A stretch of 16,790 bases of DNA from Fonticula alba ATCC 38817 (lineage: Eukaryota > Protista > Nucleariida). Location: assembly GCA_000388065.2 (NCBI GenBank), contig KB932212.1; one strand, 5' to 3'. Shown one piece after another: positions 1-7,500 of the stretch. A program made the position numbers and the translations under genes. Each line of letters starts with the position of its first letter. The first letter of the stretch is position 1. The notes below the pieces were generated by a model, which was given only the letters and a program-made list of their open reading frames with translations, ran no database searches and was not told the DNA's origin.

Positions 1-106
1 CCCCCCCCCCCCCCCTCTCGGCCTCCTTGCCGCTTGCATGCTAGTCGACAGGGCGGCCGCCCCCTCTGACCTTCTCATCTCCTCCCTGGCCCTCGCGCGC
101 CTGCAG

Positions 107-275
107 CTTCATCGCCTGGCCCCTGGCCGGCATTTGTGCCGGTTTCATCATCCTCTTCATGCCCTTCGAGGCGTGTCTCAAGCCGTGCGCCGACCTCAAC
201 AAGACCCTCATGAAGGTGTTCGAGTGGCCCCGCAAGTGCGGCCACAACATTGTCGAGGGCAACAACGTCTGCTAA
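107..275 (+). CDS. Terminal exon of a small hydrophobic Cys-containing membrane protein (5' part lies upstream of the window)
   Basis: CTGAC branch at 66-70, pyrimidine tract, CAG acceptor at 104-106. The frame from 108 reads FIAWPLAGICAGFIILFMPFEACLKPCADLNKTLMKVFEWPRKCGHNIVEGNNVC, then TAA at 273-275, with C/G-ending codon bias. This frame is missing from the ORF track. From memory it resembles a family of ~70-80 aa uncharacterised membrane proteins; not verified by search. Confidence 0.75.
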
Positions 276-381
276 GGGCGCCTTCTGCCTCTTGCTCGGC
301 TGCTCGCCTGCCTGTCCTCCCTTGTCCCGGTTCCCCGCGCCGGGGCCAATACACTTTTTGAATACCACCGTCGTCCCCCCC

Positions 382-476
382 TCCTCCTGCTGTTCCGATC
401 TCCTCCTGCTGTTCCGATCTCCCCCCACTGTCTCGATCTCCTCCTGCTGTCTCGATCTCCCCCCGCCATCTCGATC
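382..476. repeat. Degenerate 19-bp tandem repeat, 5 units, each ending CGATC
   Basis: Units 382-400 and 401-419 (TCCTCCTGCTGTTCCGATC, identical), 420-438, 439-457 and 458-476, all exactly 19 nt. Confidence 0.9.
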
Positions 477-480
477 TCCC

Positions 481-583
481 TCTCCTCTCCCCCTCTCCTC
501 TCCCCCTCTCCTCTCCCCCTCTCCTCTCCCCCTCTCCTCTCCCCCTCTCCTCTCCCCCTCTCCTCTCCCCCTCTCCTCTCCCC
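481..583. repeat. 13-bp polypyrimidine/polypurine minisatellite (TCTCCTCTCCCCC) x8
   Basis: Eight consecutive units read directly, the last lacking one C. It lies between the convergent 3' ends of gene 1 and the GEX1-like gene. Confidence 0.95.
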
Positions 584-666
584 AACTACCATCTACCTGG
601 CGTCATCGGGAACTCCGTACAACGGCCTTTCGGTGTTTCTATGTTGGACAGCGGCTTTCCCCCCCT

Positions 667-3511
667 TCACGTGGCCACCAGGCCGCCGGCACCGTCCGAA
701 TGGTACCCCGGCGGCGGGTCAGTGCGCTGCTGGAAAAGCCCTTCGCTGGCCAGGAGCCCCTCGAAGTCCTGGTGGTACGGCGGCGGGGGCGGAGCCGAGT
801 GGAAGCCCTTGCTGTGGGAGTCAGCGGCCATGGGGTCGGCCGCCCGGCCGCCACCCACACAGTACGACGAGTAGATGACCGCCTTCGGGGCGGTGCGGTC
901 GGCCGCGCCACCGCGCAGCCGACTGACCAGGTCCACGAGCAGGGCCTGAGCACGCCCGGAGGCCATCGCCGGCGGGTGGTTGTCGTCCGCGCGCGCCAGG
1001 CCGGCCGCCTGCGGCATGGTATCGACATCGCTCAGGCACATGGACGCCGCGCGCCGGGGCTCGAATTCCACCGTCTTCGGGTGGTCCCGGCCCGGGGATC
1101 GGTACAACCGACCGTCGGACTGGCTCCGGAGGGGGCCGTCGGCCCCGAGGCCCGGGGCGATGGACCCGCGGCGAATGGCCGGCGCGAACCACGACCGGCG
1201 CCGGGCGGCTTCCTGGCGCGCTTGCGCCGCGGCCGCCGCCGCCGCCTGCTCCTCCTCCTCCGCGTCCAGCCGATGGTAGTCTCCCCCGGGGGCCGTGTGG
1301 CCCTCTGCCGCGGCCGCCGCCCACTGCTGTTGCTGCTGCTGCTGCTGCTGGTCCAGGTCCATGACGCACTGGTAGCCATCCAGGCTGGGGCTGTAGACGA
1401 TCGGGTGCACCGAGAGCGAGGGGTCCGCCGAGGTGAAGAGGCCGGGTGGCATGCGCGCGGTGGCCATGCGCCGCGGCTGCCCGGTCCGGGTGCTCGGGTG
1501 GCCGGCCGAGCCGCCGGGCGCCAGGCGACGGGCCACACGCCACAGTCCCTCCGCCAGGCGGCCAGTCCACAGGGCCAGGAAGGCCGCCCGGGGAAGGGTC
1601 ACATCCGACAGCATGGGGACCAGCAGGCCCGGCAGGGCGCCGGCCATTTCCAGCGGCAGGAACTCGGCGGCCGGGTCGGGCCCGGCACCCGAGCCCCCGG
1701 CCGCCGGCAACAGCCCGGCCACCAGACGCCCGACCAGCCCGAGCCCCGGGTGCTGGGCCACCTGTGCCAGCAGCCAGATGGCCGGCCCGGCGCCCGGGGC
1801 CGACCCGGGCCCGGGCCCCTCCGGGCGCAAGCACACCAGGGCCAAGTCCAGCAGGGCCAGCAGCCCGAGCAGGGGCCCGAAGCCGGCCAGGCCGGCCCCC
1901 GGCGCGGCCGGCCCCGCCGCCCAGCCCGGCACCAGTGGCAGGAGGACCTGCTGTGCGAGGGCACCCAGCAGCTTCTCCCCCTGCCACAGGAGCACATACA
2001 CCGGGAGGATGTGGGCCACGGCCAGCAGGCGCCGGGCCGGGGCCGCGCGGCCGGCCAGCGCGCCGCGCACCTGCTGCAGCTGCTCCTGCAGCGAGGACAC
2101 GCTGTCGACCACGGCCCCGGCCGAGGTCTCGATGTCGCGAAGCCGGTTGCGCGAGCTGCTCAGCAGCCGGTCGTCTGTGCATGTGTGTGTGCGTGTGTGC
2201 ATGTGTGTGTGCGTGTGTGCATGTGTGTGCGTGTGTGCGTGTGTGCGTGTGTGCATGTGTGTGCATGTGTGTGCGTGTGTACATGTGTGCATGTGTGTGC
2301 ATGTGTGTGCATGTGTGTGCATGTGCGCATGTGTGTGCATGTGTGTGCATGTGTGTGCATGTGTGTGCATGTGTGTGCATGTGTGTGCATGTGCGTGTAG
2401 ACATGCATGAAGGGTGTCCCCGAAGGGCAGCGGCAGTTGGGCAAGTGAGGCAAGCGCAAGCAGACAGGCACCCGGCCAGGCAATTGGTCAGTGAGCATAC
2501 CCAAGGCCCGGGGCCCGGCAAACAGCAGCCCGGCCCATGGGGCCGGGGACACGCACGTGCGCTAAAAGCTTCCTCGACCAGGTCCTCACGGCGCTTGATG
2601 CGCAGAAGGATGTCCTCGGCGAAGGTGTCCATGGCGAAGAGGCCGTGGCCCAGCTGCTCCACCGCCTCGGCCAGCATGCTGGCGGCCGATGACGCGCGCA
2701 GCTGCCACGAATCGGCCTCGAGGGACTTGCACACGTCGCTCACTTGCAGCGTGTAAAGATGGTAGGCCGTGTGGTCGTGGCGGTCCTCCAGGCGCTGGAG
2801 GCACTGCTCGAGCGAGGCGTCCCGCGCCAGGGGCAGGGCCGCCGCCGGGGCGTCCTGCCCGGCGGCCCGGTCGGCGCCTGGCAGCCGGCGGGCCGGGGCC
2901 CCGGCGGCCGGGAGCTCGGCCTCAGCCTCCGCATGGTCATCGGGCCCCTGGTCCAGGGCGTCATGCAGCCCGTAGGTGCAGGCGATGGGGGCCTGGCCGA
3001 GGCGCACGCGCTGGCAGTCAAACCAGCCCAGGGCCAGGGTGCCCTGGAGGTCCGGGTCGTCGGCGATGTGCTGGCAGGTTTGCCGCAGCCGGGTGTACAC
3101 CCGCAGCAAGCACGGGTCCTGGGTCAGGCGCAGTGAGCGCAGGTGCTCCACCGCCCGGGGCGAGGGGATGTTCTTCACCACGTCCACCGGCATACGTGCG
3201 TCCAGGGGCCGGAGCCCCAGTTGCCGGTCGGCCCTGGTGCCGGGCGCCGTGGTGCTGTTGCCGCCATTGCCGGTGTGGTTGTTGTTGCTGTTGCCATGGC
3301 TGTCGGTGTGGTTGCTCGCGGTGGTGGTGGTGGTGGTGGTGCTGTTGCCCTGTGGCCGGCCGGCGGAGATGGCCGGCGAGTCGGCATCCTCGCTGTCGGT
3401 GGGGACGCCGCCGGCGAGAGCGGGCGCCAGGGCGCCATGCACTGCCAGTAGAGCCAGCAGCAAGAGCAGCAGCGCTGCGCGGCGGCTGCGGCGAAGGGCC
3501 CGACCGGACAT
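667..3511 (-). CDS. GEX1: GEX1/KAR5/Brambleberry-family nuclear envelope membrane fusion protein, 2 exons (3511-2557, 2174-667), 820 aa
   Basis: Signal peptide (MSGRALRRSRRAALLLLLLALLAVHGALAPALA). Six-Cys domain DPCLL..QTCQH..LALGWFDCQRVRLGQAPIAC..EQCLQRL..TAYHLY..DVCKSL matches the family Cys-rich domain as I recall it (Brambleberry FNCQ..NAYH..SVC). It is followed by a coiled-coil-like region, several hydrophobic segments and a low-complexity tail. The GTGCGT donor (2556) and CAG acceptor (2177-2175) are both phase 1 and join the 821..3628 and 667..2370 ORF frames; total 2463 nt = 821 codons including stop. Confidence 0.82.
2175..2556 (-). other. 382-nt spliceosomal intron of the GEX1-like gene
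   Basis: GTGCGT...CAG, phase-compatible. Contains a microsatellite. The only CTGAC is at 2491-2487. Confidence 0.85.
2177..2398. repeat. Intronic compound microsatellite (ATGTGTGTGC / GTGTGC units; CACACACATG on the transcribed strand)
   Basis: About 220 nt of alternating purine-pyrimidine sequence, abutting the 3' splice site. Confidence 0.95.
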
Positions 3512-4120
3512 CAGGTATGTCCTAAGGGTGCGACGGTTGTCCGGGTTCCTTTCCGGGGGCCGTCGAGGCGGGAGAGGCGCGTGGCACGAGAGCGAGGGCA
3601 AATGGCTGGGAGAGGATGCGAGTTTCACCCGGCTGGGCCATAAAGCTCCCTGCCCGGTGGCCTCTATACACCCGCCCGGAGGACGAGGCTGCTGCCCCTG
3701 CCAGCGTCACACCCGGTGGGATGCGGCCGGCGGGCATCGCCCCCACATGCGCCACGACCCTGACAGGTGTATTGCCCCCTCCCCCCCCCCCAGCACCCTG
3801 GTGGGGGAGGCCCCGTCGCCCTCGCGGTCTCAGTGCGCCGGCGGACGCGGCTGCCGGGCCCTCTCCCTCGCGTCCACCCACACGCCCCGATGTGGACACG
3901 CATGCACACATACGCAGCGCGCACATGGCGGCCTGGCTCCCCCTCGGCGCCGGAAGGCAGCCCCGTATCCGAAGCCCGAAAGACGCTCCAAAGGACGGCC
4001 ATCGCCCGGACGAGGACGTCTGCCGTGCGAGGGCGGAACACCCGCACCGCTGGGCCCCGCGGGTGTGCCCGGCCCCCCGCCGCCCCCCTCCCCGCTCGGG
4101 CAAGATCGCCCCCCCCCCGC

Positions 4121-4145
4121 TCACCTGGCCCACAATCGCCCCCCC
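4121..4145 (+). promoter_or_regulatory. Candidate cis-element TCACCTGGCCCACAATCGCCCCCCC (copy 1), about 610 nt upstream of the GEX1-like ATG
   Basis: 24/25 identity to 16225-16249; both copies are intergenic and lie 5' of a gene. Confidence 0.5.
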
Positions 4146-4562
4146 TCCGGCTGAACGCCTGTCCGCCCGGCCCCGGGCGACGACATACATTGTGCACAGC
4201 GTGCTCCCCCCCGCCCCCCCGGCTCTCTGCCTCGCTGCCTTTCTCTCGCCCCCTCGGGCAGCGCTTTCCCCACAGGACACAAGAGTGGGCAGCTGCGCCG
4301 GCCGCCATCATTAACTGGCTGAGTTTAGACCGCGGCACTCGGTGCCGGGGCGCCTGGCCGTGTTGTGGGCGGTGGCCCGGGGCCGGGCCCCTTCCCGCAC
4401 ACGGCCGAGCCGGGGGCCGGACCGAGGGCGAGAGGGGAGAGGGGGGGAAAAAAAACCCCCAACAGCAACAACATCGTCAATGGGTTGGAAAAAGGGGGGA
4501 AGGAGCGTGCATTTGGTCAGGCGGCCGCGCCCACCCGGCCGCGTCCCAGGGCACGGGGCATG

Positions 4563-7500
4563 TCAGCCGGTGTGGGCCAGGTGCGAGCAGAGGATCAGGC
4601 ACTCCAGGTGCGAGTCGCGCTCGGGTGCGTCGCCCGCCGGCAGGGCCCCCAAGCACAGGTGGCAGGTGCCGGGCAGCGGGCTGGCCGTCGACGAGGGGCT
4701 GGACCGGCCATCGGGCGACCGGGCCAGGGCCTGGGCCAGCTGGGCCCCGGGGTTCGGGGAGCCCGGGGCCGCCGGGAAGGCCCGGTCGCAGGCCAGGTCC
4801 AGGGTGGCCGAGGTCACGGCGAAGGCGGCGGCCGCGGTCGAGGCGTCGGCCATGTCGCCGGGCGTCTGGCCGGAGGCCAGCAGCAGGCTCAGGGCCAGGT
4901 GCCCGAGCCCGGCGCCATCCAGCAGCCCGGCCGCCGTGCGCAGGTTGTCGGCGGCCATGGCGACCGGGCCGCCGGGGCTGCTCCCCGCCGCCGGGCTCCC
5001 CCCCTGGGCGGCATGGAGGCTCGGCGAGCCGGCGGCCGAGGCGCCGAGCGCCGCAAAGCGCCCAACGCACACCGCATGGCTGAGCCACGCGTGGACATGG
5101 GCCTGCCAGGTGGCCACGGGTGACGGCCGGGGCTCGGCCCCGGGGGAGGCCGGACCACCGGCCGGGCCCGCCTGCAGGGCCTGGTGGAAGAGGTGATCAC
5201 GTGTGCTCTTCCGATCTAAGCGCCCAACGCACACCGCATGGCTGAGCCACGCGTGGACATGGGCCTGCCAGGTGGCCACGGGTGACGGCCGGGGCTCGGC
5301 CCCGGGGGAGGCCGGACCACCGGCCGGGCCCGCCTGCAGGGCCTGGTGGAAGAGGTGATCGTAGCGCCCGCGCGGCAGGGAGGCCCCCAGCAGGCGGCGG
5401 TCAGCCTCCGGCAGGGCGGCAATCCCACGCGCCGAGGCCAGCACAATCTCCGAGTCGGCCACGAGGCGCTGCGACACGCGGCTCAGCAAGGGGCGGTATG
5501 AAGAGAGGACTAGGCACATGCACATGGGGCCGCACATGTGCGGCGGGGCGCAACAGGAGGAAGGGTGGCTCGGTGTTGTTAGCGAGGAGTCTAAGATCGA
5601 AGGAGGGTCGTGTAGGGAAAGAGTGCAGCCTCCGGCAGGGCGGCAATCCCACGCGCCGAGGCCAGCACAATCTCCGAGTCGGCCACGAGGCGCTGCGACA
5701 CGCGGCTCAGCAAGGGGCGGTATGAAGAGAGGACTAGGCACATGCACATGGGGCCGCACATGTGCGGCGGGGCGCAACAGGAGGAAGGGTGGCTCGGTGT
5801 TGTTAGCGAGGAGTCTACAAGGGAAGGAGGGGACCCAGGTCAGCCGGTGGCGGGGGGCATACGTTCGGGCGACTGCTCGGCCGGGGAGAAGGGCGCCGGG
5901 CTGGACCCGGCGCTCAGCTGCATGCCAAAGCCGGCCACCACCGAGGGGAGGATCCGGGCGTCGGGGGCCGGGGCATGGTCCGCGGCCCCGCCGGCCGGCG
6001 CGGCCGTCGCGAACTCCGTGAAGTCCGCATCATCGAAGCCGGTGAAGTCGGCGGTCGCCGGGGCCGGGTCGCCGGCCGGTTGGCCCTCGGGCCTGGGCGA
6101 CCCGGCGGCCGACGTCAGCTCGAAGAGAGACCCCTCGGCCGAGGTCCGATCGTTGGCGGAGAGCCCGTCGGCCACCTCCTCCAGGGACTCCGTGGACCGG
6201 ATGCAGTCGAAGGAGGACCCCGACGGGGAGGAGCCCGTCACGGCCACGAAGGAGTCCGTGTCGTGCGGCTCCTCCGGCGCGGCGGTCGCCGGCACATCGT
6301 CCGTGAAGCCGCCAAAGTCCGCCCAGTCGGCGGTCGAGGACGCCGCAGCGGTCGACCGGGCCGCCGGAGCCCCGGCAGCAGACTCGCCCGGGCCAGCGCC
6401 AGGAGCAGCAGCGGCGGCGGCGGCGGCAGAGCCGGCGGAGACAGCCTCGGCCGACCAGTCGAAGCCGGAGAACTCCACCGGCGAGTGCAGCGGCGACTGG
6501 CTGGCGGCGCTGGCCGACTGGCTGGCCACTGTGCTGAAGTCGCCAAGGGCCGCGGCGTCGCCGGCAGGCCCGGCGAGGGTGGCCGCCTCCAGGGGCCCAG
6601 GGCCGCCGGCGGCAAAGCCAAACTCCGGGAGGAGGTCGCTGGTGCCCGAGGCGGCGGCCATGTCCAGGCCGCTGGCCGGAGTGGCGGCCCCGGAGCCGAA
6701 GTCCCCGAAGGCGTCGTCGGCCAGGGCACCCGACATGGTGGGCCCCGACTCGAAGGCGAAGTCATCGACCGGGGCAGCTGCCGGGGGGGCGTCTGCGGCC
6801 GCGGGCGCCGCGGCAAAGTCGAAGTCGCCAAAGGAATCGGCCGCCGGTGCCGCTGTGCCGACAGTCGCGCCGGCCGCAGCAGCCAGGGTGCCATCACCAA
6901 GCTCGGAGTCCCCGGAAGAGGAGGTGGCCGGGGCAGGCTCGGCAGTCGGCGTCATGTCAAGCCCGAAATCGGCGAAAGAACCGCCCGTCAGGGCGGCGTC
7001 CTGGGCGTCGGCCGCCGGGGCGGCATCAAACTCGAAGTCGCCGAAGGAGGCGCCAGCCGGGGCGTCGGCCGCCGGGGCGGCATCAAACTCGAAATCGGCG
7101 AAAGAGCCCCCCGTCAGGGCGGCGTCCTGGGCAGCGGCCGCCGGAGCGGCATCAAACTCGAAGCCGCCGAAGGAGGCGCCAGTCGGGGCGGCGTCCGGCG
7201 CATCGGCCGCCAGAGCAGCATCCTGGGCGTCGGCCGCCGGGGTAGCATCAAACTCAAAGTCGCCGAAGGAGGCACCAGTCGGGGCGGCGTCCGGCACATC
7301 GGCCGCCGGGGTGGCATCAAACCCGAAATCGCCGAAGGAGTCGTCACCCGGAGCGGTCCCAGTGGCGGTGGGCTCGGCATCGGGGCTGGCCCTGTCGCCG
7401 GCAGAGGCGGCCTCCAGGGCGAAGGGGTCAATGGCTCCGGTCGGCTGGGCTGGTGCCGGCGCCTCGGCCAGGGAGCCAGTGTCAAAGGCAAAGTCCCCGA

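Noticed and set aside
382-476. 19-bp array as a CRISPR array or as adapter contamination (TTCCGATCT)
   Set aside because: There are no unique spacers. The adapter match is only 9 nt and decays within the array's own periodicity.
2177-2398. His/Cys-rich peptides (MHTHAHTC..., CVCMCV...) as a metal-binding domain
   Set aside because: These are translations of an intronic microsatellite removed by a phase-compatible GT-AG intron.
250-2400. 716-aa plus-strand ORF and other long ORFs overlapping the GEX1-like gene
   Set aside because: Antisense or off-frame shadows expected at this GC content; they run through minisatellites and have no recognisable motifs.
5529-5544. 16-bp perfect palindrome GCCGCACATGTGCGGC (again at about 5753-5768)
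   Set aside because: A single intronic instance doubled by the artefact; plausible by chance in GC- and CATG-rich sequence.
5056-5817. Direct repeats with short spacers as a CRISPR-like array, LTR or transposon with target-site duplication
   Set aside because: Both spacers are Illumina TruSeq adapter sequences and the repeats are exact copies of local exon/intron DNA.
4562-5849. 11-bp repeat GTCAGCCGGTG at both in-frame stops (4562-4572, 5839-5849)
   Set aside because: Too short to be significant at this base composition.
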